A DNA stretch of 64,000 nt, taken from Lama glama (Eukaryota). Position numbers and translations under genes: made by a program. Below the pieces are notes generated by a model. The model had not been told where the DNA came from. It did no database searches and was given only the letters and a program-made list of their open reading frames with translations. Of this stretch, positions 13,548-26,425 are shown piece by piece (within the stretch, counting starts at the first letter, position 1; every line of letters begins with the position of its first letter). The stretch lies in assembly GCA_028534125.1 (NCBI GenBank), contig CM052818.1, forward strand, positions 22,880,001 to 22,944,000. The letters are read 5' to 3'.

Positions 13548-14036
13548 AAGTATGGTTGATTTACAATGTACAATGTACTGGTTTCTGGTACACAGCACAG
13601 TAATTCAGTTATTAGATATAAACATTCTCATCATGGTTTTGATTTGCTTTTTCCTGATGATTAGTGATGTTGATCACCTTTTCATGTATCTGTTGGCCAT
13701 CGGTAGGTCTTCCTTGGAAAAATGTCTATTCAGAAATTCTGCCTATTTTTAAATTGTATTGTTTGTTTTTTTGCTATTGAGTTGCATGAGTTTTTTTTTT
13801 TCAATTTTGATGTTAACCCTTTATCAACCATATGATTTGCAAATATTTTTTCCCATTCGGTAGGTTGTCTTTTCATCTTGTTGACGGTTTCCTTTTCTAT
13901 GCAGAAGCTTTTTAGCTTGATGTAGTCTCACTTGTTTATTTTTGCTTTTGGTGTCAAATCCAAAGAATTATACTCAAAGCTGACATCAAGAAGCTTATTG
14001 CCAATGTTTCCTTCTAGGAGCTTTATGGTTTCAGGT
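12660..14036 (-). mobile_element. 5'-truncated L1 (L1MA-like) with a nested short L1 3' end and (TG)n at about 13513-13625
   Basis: L1 3' UTR and ORF2 motifs matching the 1058-3135 element; the host ggtgatatctc..gttttgatttgc segment is interrupted. Confidence 0.85.
13514..13543. repeat. (TG)n microsatellite
   Basis: Direct inspection. Confidence 0.95.
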
Positions 14037-15763
14037 GAGGGGTATTATTTTAATTGTCATAATCACTGGAGTTCATCTTTTGGTCAGGTCCAAAGATGCT
14101 GACTGTCCTACAATCTTGGGAAGAATTCCATACAACAAAAAGTTTTCTGGTTCAAAATGCTGATAGCACATTAAGTGAGGATCTGGGTGAAGGACAAGCA
14201 CAGGGCTAGATGGAGAGGCTGCAGCTTTTGGGGAGCGGACACTGAGGTGATGCCTACAGGCAGGTGGGGTTCTGACAGGCACAGTTGGGCACAGGGACAT
14301 TCTACTTGGAGGGGCAAGGGGAGTTAAGGCCAACAACGTAAGGACAACAACACGCAGGGCGGAGTCTCAGAGTGACAGGTAACTCAGGGATTGGGGAGTG
14401 GAAATAAGGCTGGGAACATATAGTAGGTCGTGAAAGTGCCATGCTAAGAAGTCTGGATTCTATTTGCTGGGGAGTGAGTAGGCTTTGGAACAAGAGCAAA
14501 ACTGTGCTTAGGAAGGATGAGTCTGGGCCTGGTGTGTGGGATGGGGTGGAGAGGTCCGCTCCACCACTTGTGGGGCTGTGACTCTGGGCAGTTTTACTTA
14601 ACCTCTCTTGGCCAGTGTTATCTCATTTGCAGTATACCTAGCCCTCAAACTGTCATGAGGTTTAATTAAATAGACATAATGTATGTCAAGAACACAGCAC
14701 ACACTGCACAAGCTCAGAAAACTGGTGGTTATTATTTGTGGTTCTGGGTTTGTTGGTTCCTGCTGCCACCACTACCAGCTGCTGGCTGGTAAGCTGACCA
14801 TAGATGTGCAGACTGGTGTGTCTTGGCACACAGGTGCGTGAGCAGCTGTGAAGGACAGTTCTGGTCTTTCCCCTGGACCTTCCTTTCCACTGCAGAACTA
14901 GGAGAGGCCGAGCTGGAGCCCAGGACCCATCCCTGTCCCCAAGTGGCGAAATCACGACGGGGTGCTCGGAGTGGGAGGAACCTCGGAGTGAACTTGTGCA
15001 GCATTCTCAATTCCAGAAGAGGAAATTCAGACCAGAAGGGGACCCTACTAGCCTGGTGTCACACACCAGTGTGATCAGGGTCGGAACTGACCCAGGTGTT
15101 TGAATCCTAGTCCCTGCCTCCCCTGCACTCTCCTGCGGGGGAGGGGAGAGCTGGAGGCTGGGCTGTGGCCCCCTCCCCACTCTACTCTCACCCCCGGAAG
15201 GTGGGAAGGCCCTAAGCAGGGGGCGAGGGGACTTCAGTTAGAGGAAGCAAGAACATCTGATGGAGGCCTTCCGCTCTGAAACTTCCCCCGGCTCCTGGCA
15301 CATTAAGAGTCAGATTCAGACTCTCCAGCGTGGCCTCCGAGACCTCCCTGTGTGGCCTGACCTGCGGACACAACCTGTCTGTCCTTGCTCCTCTGCATGC
15401 TCTGCTTTGCTGACACTGGGACTTTTTGCATCACCTTCCCGAGTCACCTTCTTTCCCCTGCTACAATCCTGTGCCTCTTTCCCAGTCCAGCTCAGGGGCT
15501 TCCGCGTCTGTGAGGCTTCCTTGTCCCTAACTTGAGAAGGGCTCCCTCTGCTGCCTTAAGCATTTGGCCTTGGCCCTGTCTGTTGTGTCCTGTGTCACAG
15601 CTGGTTGACTGGCACGTACCACCTGTCTCTGGGGCTGTACATTCTTTGAGGGTGAGGACTGTGTCTTTGTTAGCATCTCAAAGGCGGGCCTTGTGACATT
15701 CGTGCTGGCATCCTCAGGGCCAGCCTCAGAGCCTTCCCTATCTTCGATAATGATCAGTATTGC

Positions 15764-16208
15764 TTTTCTTTTTTAACTGAAATATAGTCAGTTTATGTAG
15801 TAATGTGTCAATTTCTGGTGTACAGCATAATGTTTTGGTCATACATATATGTACATATATTCCTTTTCATACTCTTTTTCGTTATAGGCCATTACAAGGT
15901 ATTGAATATAGTTCCCTGTGCTGTACAGTAGGACCTTGTTGTTTATCTGTTTTATATACAGTAGTTAGTGTCTGCAAATCTCGAGCTTCCAGTTTACCCC
16001 TTCCTACCTCCTTTTCCCATGGTAACCATAAGTTTGTTTTGTATGTCTATGAGTCTGTTTCTGTTTTGTAAATAAGTTCATTTGTGTCTTTTTTTTTTTG
16101 GATACCACATACAAGTGATATCCTATGGTATCTTTCTTCCTGGCTTACTTCACTTAGAATGACTATTTCCAGGTCTATCCATGTTGCTGCAAATGGCATT
16201 ATTTCATT
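15764..16208 (-). mobile_element. L1 3' end fragment
   Basis: ctgaaatatagtcag...ccatgttgctgcaaatggcattatttcatt; degenerate TSD atcagtattgctt / atcaatatttctt. Confidence 0.85.
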
Positions 16209-18515
16209 AATCAATATTTCTTCATTGGGATTACCTTTTTCTCTCTTCCTCTGATGCTTAGTAACTGGCCAACAAATCTTTGTTGAACTGATTTGAGGAG
16301 GGACTGAGGAAAGACTAGCATGAGAGAAGCATTTGTTCCTCCAATTATTTACAAAAAATAGCCCAGGCCTGAAGTCGTAAATGACACTGGCAGCCCAGCT
16401 GATGGCCCATGTGTCCCAGCTTCCTGGAGTGGCAGTGGCAGCCTTGCTAATGACCACACTCCAGAAACTGGCGAGGCGGGTGCCCTGCAGAGAGCTGGGG
16501 GAGGCAAGTGGGTAGGAGAGGGGAAAGGAAGCTTCAGCCTTTTGATATACTCATCCACCATTTCTTCTCATAAAGCCACTAATAGAATCATTAATGCTGG
16601 TTTTTAATTTAGACAGTTCCTTTCACCTGAGCAATTCTGCGGTTTAATGAGCAGGAAGCAAGCAGATGGCTTGGGAGGTTGCTCTAATAACTTTATTTTT
16701 GCAAAATGAAAGAAAAGGGTCCCAAAGAACTAGGTTATGTTTAGACAACTGCGCAGTAAGTTCAGAGTCAAACCAGAAACTGAGATCCATCCCTGACTCC
16801 CACTGACAGCAAGCCCACACAGCCGCTCCAGCCTGGAGGTCTCAGAGCTCTTGTCCATGTATCTGAGAACTAAGAGGCTTTGCAGTGCGCCTTGCACAGA
16901 ACTCTCGGGCCTTTGTCCTTCCTCAGGGCTGTCTCCAGAGAGTCCCCAGGGAGGAAGAGTCTGGGAGGGCGGCTTACCGACCTGCAGTGGAACTTCATGT
17001 GTGTGGTCCCTACCCCAAGGTGTCAGGCCTGCCGACGCTCTGGGTGGTGTTCCCGTTGCTGGGGAAGCGCAGCCCATTCGCAGCCCTTTAGTGGTTTCCC
17101 TTGTACCACCAGCTTGGCTGGCTTCTGAAAGCCTGGGGAGCAAGCCCAGGCTCGGGTAGTAGGCTCTATTTATCTGACCTGCTGGCTCTACGCTGGCTAT
17201 GGAGAGAAGAGGTGACCAGAGACCAGAGAAAGGGCTGGAGGCTGGGGCAGGGACGCGAGGTGTGACTTGCAGCCTTCGTTCTCTAAGGACGGACACTGAA
17301 GTCGACCTTTAAACACCTTGTCTTGATTTCCAGGCCAAACTGGCCTCTTCCCCTCACAAAGCTTACCACAGACTGCAGCTGCATAGCTCAAGGCTGTTGG
17401 AAAAAGTCATTTGCTCCTAAAAAAAAAAAAATTCTTTTTTGAAGACTGCAGTGCATCCCACCACCCGGGGCATGTGTCATGGAACAAACAAGGGTCTTTT
17501 GGGCTCTGTTTCAGGCCATTAACTTAATGGCTCTGGTTCTTGGAAGCTCTGCTAAGGACAAGGATCACCCTCTTACATAAACATACTCATCTGGCTGAAA
17601 AACACGTGGTATTGTTTTCTGAGTAATGGTCGTTTGAAGTTAATGTGTGTGTTTTTTGCCTTCTGATTATTGTGAATATTACTTAGGCTCCTTTGGAAGA
17701 ATGGTATCCGCCCCAAGAAACTCAAAGAACAACAGAATTTTCTTTCCTCCCCATCAGACTGGGTATTATAATCATCTTGCGCCAGTTGAGGACTGGTACC
17801 CAGCCATCACTGCTGAGAAGATAATTAGGAGATAATGTCAGTGGCAGAGAAGGTTGTCGGAGCAGAGTGGTCTCCTGCAGTTCTCAGAGTGCTGAGTGTT
17901 CGTGCAGGGAGGGCAGGGGGTGAAATCCTTAGTGGAAGTAAATTTGGAGGAAGAGCCAACTTTTGCCACTAAGGAGATGATCAGCTTGTAGCAGTATTCT
18001 GCCAACCGCATTTCCTACCAAATGTCCCTCAAACTCTCTTCCTTGAACTCCCTTACATAGATGTGGGCAGAGGAGGGCATCACTGATTATTCCAATACAC
18101 GACTAAGATAAGGAGGCAGCTAATTGAGTCTAATTCACTGAAGAGGCAACCAATTTTATGCCGAAGCTTGACTTTCGGTTGGTAAATATTTTGCAGTTGG
18201 TGCTCATCCCCTGAAAACTGAATGCCAAATGTTTTTGCATGACAGATTGCTCAGTGGATGGGCAGAAGGGTGAGCAGTCAGGGGATCACTGGTGGGGGGC
18301 CCCAGGCCTTGGTTCTAGCCTGTGTTAGTGGGTTGACCTGTTTCCCCTGCTGCCGGGGCCTGTAGCAGGAGGGACATGGGCTGGATGGGGACCAGGGTCT
18401 GCGAGGCAGGCTTTGTGATGAGACTCTAGCTCCAAATTTAGATTTGCCAAAGTGAACAAAAATGCAGTCCTCCCTCTCCACTATATGTGACAGGCTAGTA
18501 GAACATTCTGGAAAA

Positions 18516-18536
18516 GTGTGTGTGTGTGTGTGTGTG
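18516..18536. repeat. (GT)n microsatellite
   Basis: Direct inspection. Confidence 0.9.
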
Positions 18537-19589
18537 CGTGATGCTTATTTATGGAAGCATCATGTTCCTTAAGGTTTTAGGTAGAATGTGATACCTTGTC
18601 TTTGTAAACTTGGTCGGTCACCAGCAGTCGGTCAGCGGTGGGCAATTGGCTGTGACTGCAGGACTTCTCTTGCATGGGGATTATTTGCTCCCTCTCCCCT
18701 TCCTCTCTGTTTCCTCCCCACCCTTATTTGTTCTGTTTCAGAGCAGACCAGGTAGCAACCCAGGAACCCCACATTCTATTCCTCCTGGAAGAAGGAATTC
18801 ATACTTAACCTTTGATTGAGCACTTAGCACAGTGCCTGGCCCCTGGGAGATTCTATATGAATTCGTGGGGTGAATAAATGAAAAAAGTTTTTCATATTCT
18901 TTCCATTTCTCTTCAAGAAACTAGACAAGAGAGGTGACGCTGGTGCCTTTAGGTTGTGATGCTTCTGGTCTGATTCATGAAACCCTTATCTACCCAAACC
19001 CAGGTGTCCCCAGGAGGGCTTTTATTCTGCATCTGCATCTGGGAGTGACCACAGGGACTGCTGGTAGGGACGGGCTTTCTTGTTACTGGGGACCCCACAG
19101 GGACACAGAGCCTGGCCGTTCACTCAAATTCTTCATATTCAGAAGGTCCTGTCACTTACTGCAGCTGGTTTGATGGCCTCTTTCTTCATAGCCCAACACT
19201 CCAGGAGTGAATGCAGACAGTCACATAGACAAGTCCCAGGGTGGGATATTCACTGTCTGAAAACAGATAAAAACAAAATCCATTATAGCAAGAAAAGAGA
19301 AGAGTTTATATCCTAACAGAACTTATAATTACTGATATTTATTTTCCTTTGAGAAGAGACAGTTGATGAGCAGAGACAGACTCTGAGGAACTGTGATTAT
19401 ATTTTTTTACATAAGGAAAATATTCTTTTTTTGTAAAATTTCATAAAATTTAAAAATATTACAAAAGTAAATAAAGTCAAAGGTGTATATCCATGTCAGC
19501 CTGCTCGCTTCATGGTAATAACCAGGTTGAACAGACAACATTGGTCCTGCCATATGCCTTTGGGGCCCCTGCTCAGGTTCCCTGTAAAC

Positions 19590-19840
19590 AGTTCTCATAT
19601 GCACAGCCCAAGCAAGGGCAACAAATTTCTCTGGAGCTCTATCTCTGTGGGGCAATCCTGAAGGGCCCCCAGGAGTTTGGGCCCCAGGTACCTGCAGTGC
19701 CCATCAACAAAGTCTCACTTGGCTTTATCCCTTCCAGTCTCATTACTGCACTCCCCGCTCTTAGTGCTTCCTGGGATCACTTCCCAGATAAAGTGCTAAC
19801 ATGTAAACCCTTGCCTCCAGGTGTGCTTGGGGAACCCTAC
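19590..19840 (+). mobile_element. ERVL LTR16-like fragment
   Basis: gtgcttcctgggatcacttcccagataaa...cttgcctccaggtgtgcttggggaaccc resembles the LTR16 3' end. Confidence 0.55.
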
Positions 19841-20364
19841 CACACTCACAACTACCTCCCAGATTTATGCTGTCTGCACTTGGGACCCAGGGAGAGGCCG
19901 TGTTTGGGGACACCCCTGCCTTTCCACCTCACTCTTTCCTCTCCAACCCAAGTCTCTCCGTGCTTCTACTTTTGCTGCTCAGAATTCTGGTCCAGAGCTC
20001 ATCTCCCTTCCATTGAGTCACATTCTCACCCAACACACCTTTTCTTGTTTATTTCCATAATGTAAATACTATTGTTAGAGGGACATCTTAATTTACAATA
20101 CAATATGTTTTCAATAAGCATTTGCTCAGCACATGGGTCAGTCATCAAAGCGTCAAACACAGGGCAGACTTGAGATGAATAGCTATTGTCTCTACCCTCA
20201 AAGTAGGAGAGTAGGGAGACAGAGACGGACGTTAGTGAAATAGTTACCATATAGAATGCCAAGTACTATCAAGTGGATGGGGGAAGAAAATTGGTATTGG
20301 AGTTAGGAACTCAAAATGCCTTTTGCAGTAGAAACCATGTAATGTGTGATGGTTGTCAGGCAGG

Positions 20365-20805
20365 TGGAATAGATTGAATAGTGGCTCCCCAAAGATGTAA
20401 ACATCCTAATCCCCAGAACCTGTGAATGTGTTATGTCTTATGGTAAAAGACTCTGCAGATGTGATTAAATTATAGATCTTGAGATGGGGGGATTTATCTT
20501 GGAATATCCAAGTGAACCCTATGCAATCACAGGAGTTCTTATAAGAAGGAAGCAGAAATATCAGAGTTAGGGTGATTTAAAGATGCATCACTACTAGCTT
20601 TGAAGACAGAGGAAGGGGCCATAAACCCAGAAGTGAAGATATCTTCTAGAATCTGGAAAAGGAACCAGTCCTACGAACACCTTGGCTTTAGTCCAGTGAA
20701 ACTGATTTTGGACTTCTGGCCTCCAGAATTATAAGAGAGTCAATTTGTATTATTTTAAGCCGCTGAAATTGTAATTTTTTACAGCAGCAATAGGAGACTA
20801 AGACA
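20365..20805 (+). mobile_element. MaLR solo LTR (MLT1D-like)
   Basis: cccaaagatgtaaacatcctaatccccagaacctgtgaatgtg...ttacagcagcaataggagactaagaca. Confidence 0.8.
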
Positions 20806-20829
20806 TGAGGTTAATTAAAAAAAAAATCT

Positions 20830-21034
20830 GTTACCAGATAAAAATACAGCATACCCAGTTAAATTTGAATTTCAGATAAATTATAACTAATTTTTTAAAA
20901 ATTAAGACTGTTTGATAGAAGTATGTCCCCTGCAGTATTTGGGATATACTTATACTGAAAATTTGTTTGTTGTTTCTGAACTTCAAATTTAACAGAATGT
21001 TTCATATTACTATTTGTTAAACCTGGCAACCCTA
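20830..21034. mobile_element. MER53-like palindromic hAT MITE
   Basis: Ends gttaccagat / ctggcaacccta; inverted arms gttaaatttgaatttcaga / tctgaacttcaaatttaac and aagtatgtccc / gggatatactt. Confidence 0.8.
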
Positions 21035-22059
21035 CCAGTAGCTGAATTGGGCAGAGGCCCCGTCAAGGGTGGGCCTGAGGCCTCCAGAGACCCTCCCTCA
21101 GTTTCCCAGTCCCTTCGAAAACTGAGCCCTTCTAATCCTCAGCTACCTCGTGTCCTGGTCCTCTCAGCTTAGCCACGGGGCAGCCCTGTGGGTGAAGAAG
21201 GGTTGGTCTAGATGGTGAGAATGCCCCCTAGAGGCACAGCCCCCTGTGGCCAATGTAGGTCCTTCCTGGGTCAGCCCTGGGAGCAGGCAACTGCCTCTGC
21301 ACTGGACACTCTGGAGAGCCCTGTGACTTTCACAGTCCGCTGGCCAAATGAATACATCCATGAGAAGCCACCAACACTCTTAGAAGAAATTGCCATGATC
21401 ACCTTAATGGCTTAAGAAATGCAAATTCAAACAACAACAAAGTATTATTTTTTGCCTACCAAATTAGCTGAACTTTCTAAGAGAATAATGGCAGAGGGGT
21501 GCTTATGGTGTCCCAGGCACCTGGAGATGGACTCTCTGATGTAGCACCCACAGCAGCTGTTGATGTGTGTTCTTCATCCTCATTGCTGACAGCGAATGAG
21601 GCTTAAGTGAGGCTAAGCCATGAGAGAGGACAGTGGCTGGGGCTCCACACCTCAGCCCACACTCCTCCCATGCGGCCCGGGGCTGGTGGAGGATGGGGGA
21701 ATGGCTGCATCCTCTCCAGAGGGTAACTTGACCATACCTCACACAGTTTAAATTCACATCCTCATCCATCCAGCAATCTCACTTCTACTATGAGTATGTA
21801 GAGGAGTGTGTGCAAAGACATTTATTACAGCACCCTTTACTATGATAAAATGTGGACAATTGTTCATCAGTAGGGGCCTGATCAAACAAGTGATGTCACA
21901 TTCATAAAAATGGGGCATATTGATAAGTGTATGTGAAGACAGATATCTTGGTGACATATGAGTACCACTGAGAAAGTTGTAGAATAGTAATAACATCATT
22001 ATATTTTGGTTTAAAAAAGTATCTTTTTATCTCTATCTCTATCTAATCACAAATTCTTT

Positions 22060-22266
22060 TTTTAATTGAAGTATAGTCAGTTACAATGTGCCAAATTCTG
22101 GTGTACAGCATAATGTTTCAGTCATATATATATAAATATATTCCTTTTCCTATTCTTTTTCATTATAGGTTACTACAAGATATTGAATATAGTTCCCTGT
22201 GCTGTACAGAAGAAATTTGTTTTTTGTATCTATTTTATGTATAGTAGTCAATATTTGCAAATCTCA
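22060..22266 (-). mobile_element. Young short L1 3' end with clear TSD
   Basis: TSD TAATCACAAATTCTTT (22044-22059) / TAGTCACAAATTCTTT (22267-22282). Confidence 0.88.
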
Positions 22267-23270
22267 TAGTCACAAATTCTTTGATGAACAGGTATGAATT
22301 TTGAAGTCAAGGCCAAAAGGCTACTGTATTTCCTGTCTCATCGTTTGAATCTCTCTGAACTTGTGCCTCACCTCCTGCCAGGCAGTGTCCTTTCTGTGCC
22401 AGCACAGCCCTTCCTCACTTCACCTAGGGCCTTGCAGCATGCGGTCCCCAGAGCCTACAGTGCTGCCTGACTCCCTCCCTGACACACCCATTTAATTCTC
22501 CTCATCTTCGAGGTCAGCTCAGACCCCGCTCACACTGCTGCCACCCCTCCAGGAGAGGTTCTCAACCTGTGGCAGACTCTGGGCAGTCTTGCCTCCAAAG
22601 TACCTAGATCACTTCCACACAACCGTTAAGCCCTCTGCGGTGCCCTGACTGTTCCATGTGAGCGGCGACAAGACTGTAAGCCTCGTGGCAGCAAGAGTAT
22701 ATCTTCCTCTCTGGTCTTCCCCTTTGGCGTCCTAGCAGACCCTAGGGCAGGTGCAGGCTGTTTCTGGCCAGAGAGGCGGAGCCCTAGAGTTAATTCTCAC
22801 GTGTCCTTGCCAAATTGGATGCGATACAGCAGTAGAAAGGCTTCAGTTCAAATATGTATGGCTTGTATCTCTTGGTCTGTGTACCTTGAACCTATTAACT
22901 TACGAAGTTAAACATAGTTGCAAATGTTACCAAGGTTGTTTTTTTAAAAAATATTTTCTGTTTTTACAAAAGCAACACATTTATTATAGAAATATTGAAA
23001 AATACAAAAGTAAAACACCTATAATTTCACCCCCTCATCCTCCCTTCTCATAGAACATGTAAAGTGAAATAGGAATAGAAAAGATCCTGCCACTGTCCCA
23101 GAGCTAAACCCTGTGACTTAGTGATTTGGAACAAACCAGGTGAGACTTTTGTTCCTATGTTTATACTAAATGTAATATTTCTCTATATTCTGTCTTTCTA
23201 TCTATCTATCTACCTACCTCTCATCTCAACAGAAAAGCAAACTTCTATTCCCTCATTTTTAACACTTCTT

Positions 23271-23424
23271 TTTAAAGAAATATTTTATTTTAATTATTTT
23301 ATTTTTGGGGGGGTAATTAGATTTACTTATTTATTTATTTTTAGAGGAGGTCCTGGGGATTGAACCCAGGATCTTGTATATGCTAAGCATGTGCTCTACC
23401 ACTTGAGCTATACCCTCCCCCGTC
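23271..23424 (-). mobile_element. tRNA-Ala-derived SINE (Vic-1-like), long form with TSD
   Basis: tRNA-like body plus ctaattacccccc tail segment; TSD TTAACACTTCTT (23259-23270) / TTAGCACTTCTT (23425-23436). Confidence 0.85.
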
Positions 23425-23503
23425 TTAGCACTTCTTGTACCCAGGACCCAGGAGTTTCTGCCATGCTTTCCCCTTTATATTTGCTATCAAAAAGCTCTGT
23501 GGG

Positions 23504-24278
23504 ACATGAAAAGATGCTCAACATCACTAGTCATTAGGGAAATGCAAATCAAAACCACAATGAGATACCACTTCATACCCATTAGGATGGCTATTGAAAA
23601 AAAATCCAGAAAATAAGAGTTGGCAAGGATGTGGAGAAATTAGAAGCCTATACTGGGGATTGCTGGTGGGATTGCAAAGTGATGCAGTCACTGTGGAAAA
23701 TGATACAATGATTCCTCAGGAAATTAAGTGGAATTACCATGACCCAGCAATTCCATTTCTGGGTATATACTCAAAAGAATTGAAAGCAGGGTTTTGAAGA
23801 AATATTTGTACACCCTTGTTCATAACAGCATCATTCACAGCAGCCAAAAGATGGACACAACATAAGTGTCCATTGATGGATGAATGGGTAAACTAAATGT
23901 GATATATACATATAGTGGAATATTATTCACCCTTTAAAAAGGAAGGACATTTTGACACATGCTACAACATGGATGAGCCTTGAAGACATTATTCTAAGTG
24001 AAATAAGCTAGTCACAAAGGACAAATATTGTATGATTCCTCTCATATAAGGCTGTTAAGAGTATTCAAATTCACAGTAACAGAAAGTAAAATGGCAGTTG
24101 CCAAGGGAAATGGGAAATTATTGTTTAATGAGTACAGAGTCCCGGTTGGGGAAGATAAAAAAGTTTTGAAAGTGGATGGAGGTGATGGTTGTCCAACAAT
24201 GTGAGTGTACTTAATGCCACAGAACTGCACACTTAGAAATGGTTAAAATGTTAAAATTCATTTTGTGTATTTTTACCC
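23504..24278 (+). mobile_element. L1MB-like fragment (ORF2 end and 3' UTR)
   Basis: catgaaaagatgctcaacatcactagtcattagggaaatgcaaatcaaaacc...gacccagcaattcc...cttaatgccacagaactg. Confidence 0.85.
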
Positions 24279-24359
24279 AGCCCCCAGCCCCCCAACTGCA
24301 CAAAGCTTTGTGAAGCAGTCAAGGGCGGTCTGTTTCACAAAGAAGTTCTAGAAATTAAA

Positions 24360-24590
24360 ACCTACCATTTTTGAGTCTTCAGTGTGCCAGGCACCTAAGT
24401 AAGCAGCTTATAGGCATTCTTTTATTTTCTTCTCTCAACAACCCTGAGATAGGTATTACTATTATCTTCGTTGTACAGAGCAGCAAACTGAGGTTTAAGT
24501 GACTTGCCCAAAGTCTTCAGCTAAGAAGGCACAGTCAGGACTGGAACCCGGGGTGGTTGGCTTCAGAGCCCAATCGTTAGCCTTCATGCT
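24360..24590 (-). mobile_element. MIR SINE
   Basis: ctcaacaaccctgagataggtattactattatc...aaactgagg..aagtgacttgcccaaagtc. Confidence 0.75.
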
Positions 24591-26249
24591 ACACCCTCTT
24601 TCTAGTGCAAGACAAATCCATCGGCCGAGCAGGCTACAACTCTTGGAAAGGGGCTAAATGCACGTTCTGAAAAAGTGAGCATCGGTGGAGTCTTGCATTC
24701 ATCGGACTTGGATATGCATTTTGACTAGTCCCTCCGCAGGGAATTTTTGAGGAGAGGTGACGGTGGTTCCCTGAACTTTTCACAGTATACCGTATCACTA
24801 CTGCTGCTGTCACTTCTCCCCTGTGGCCCCCACCCCCGTTCTCTTAGAACCCACTGCCTTTTTGACATGAAAAATGTACTATAATGAATCTACTGGCTAA
24901 TTAATTAAAAGAAAAAAAATCCCAATCTTAAAATATGAAATGATTGATTACATAAGCATTAACGCCTCTGCACCCCTCGGAACGGCATGTCTTCAATTTA
25001 AAACTTTTCCAGCACATTATTTTCTGCCGACGTGTGTGTTTTCTGCCCATACAAGTCTGATTTCTCATACACCCCAGTCCATTTCACAGCAAATGGGCCC
25101 AAATGGTGTTTATCCTGCTCATTAGGAGCCTGTATCAATTAAGCAGGCCTGGCCCAGCTGCCCGTCCAGGTCTGCATCTCCCGGGCTGGCGTGTCTGTGC
25201 TCTTCCCACCCGGGACATCCCACAGCCCTCCCTGCCACTTAGAGGCCTCCCCACCACTTAGGGGCCTGGTGCTTTCCACACGACCAGGGCAGAGCTCTGA
25301 CATCGGAGAGTGTTCTTGCGTGGTGCTAGCACTTTTTGGAATTTTAAAAGCTTATTGTCTGGCTCAGACACGCGGCTCCAAGCTGCCGGCTTACTGGATC
25401 TTTCAGTTGTTTGTTTTTAACCAGAAGGGCCTCACCCACTGCTCCCTCCTGTTTCCCAGCCTGTGCCCCGCTTGAGATGCCTTTGTTCCACCTCACTCAT
25501 GCTTGACCTTTGTCCCTTGCAAGGGGCGAGGCCTGGACTTCAGGGCTGGCTCACAAAGGACTGCTGGGGGTTTGGGCTGTGGGTAGGCAGCAGGTGTCCA
25601 GCCCCTTCCCTGGTGCCCACTGCCTGTGGACAGAGGCCACTTCCCCTCCTGGGATTTGCCCAGATCCAGGGGTAGCGCTCAGATCCGCTCACGTGAGCTG
25701 GTTGCTGAACAACAGTCAGGACATGTGAAACGTTTCTCAGAGGAGCAAGTTGTCACTTCACAAGCAGAGATGTTGAAAGGCAGTGAACTCTTGGATGGAG
25801 CAGTTGTCTAAATCAGGGTGGGAAACCTGACATGTCATTAGCAGTAGAACTTGTTTATGCTTTCGACTGTAAAAATCATAACGTGATGTTAGAAGCCTAC
25901 AGAAAGCTCTGCGGGGCTGGAAGATGGAGATATTAATGGTGGGCCCATGCTGAGAATGACACTTCCCTATTCCAGAAGCATAAAATGGTATGTTTCCCAC
26001 AGAAATTGTGAAAAAGAGAAGCTATTATGGTTCAACATTTAGACAGGCATTAAAGCACAATTTCAGTACACGTTGAAATTATGTTTTACTCCTGTGGCCT
26101 GAATTCATTAGCAAATGAGTTGAATTTCCTTCTTTCAGGACTTGGACAAACAGAGAGGGTTTTTTTTTCTTTTTTTAAATTGAAATATAGTTGACAGGGA
26201 AGTTGTTCTTATGTCTTCTTTCTCTCTCCCACTGTGACCTCCTTAAACC

Positions 26250-26425
26250 TGGGCTATTCAGCACCATAGCCACTAGCTGTATGTGGCTATCCAAATTAAA
26301 ATTAAAATGAGGTAAAATTACAAATTAAGTTCTTCAGTTGCCACAACTGAATGTGGCACATTCAAGTAGCCACATTTCAAGTGCTCAGTAGCCACACATG
26401 GCCAGTCCAGACAAAGAACATTAGC
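26250..26425. mobile_element. MER3/MER33-like hAT-Charlie MITE
   Basis: tagccactagctgtatgtggcta...tagccacatttcaagtgctcagtagccacacatggc. Confidence 0.7.

Noticed and set aside
16730..17296. 188-aa ORF and similar long ORFs (19493..20065, 53207..53776, 5994..6491)
   Set aside because: No recognisable domains or exon structure; several overlap LTR or LINE remnants; expected by chance
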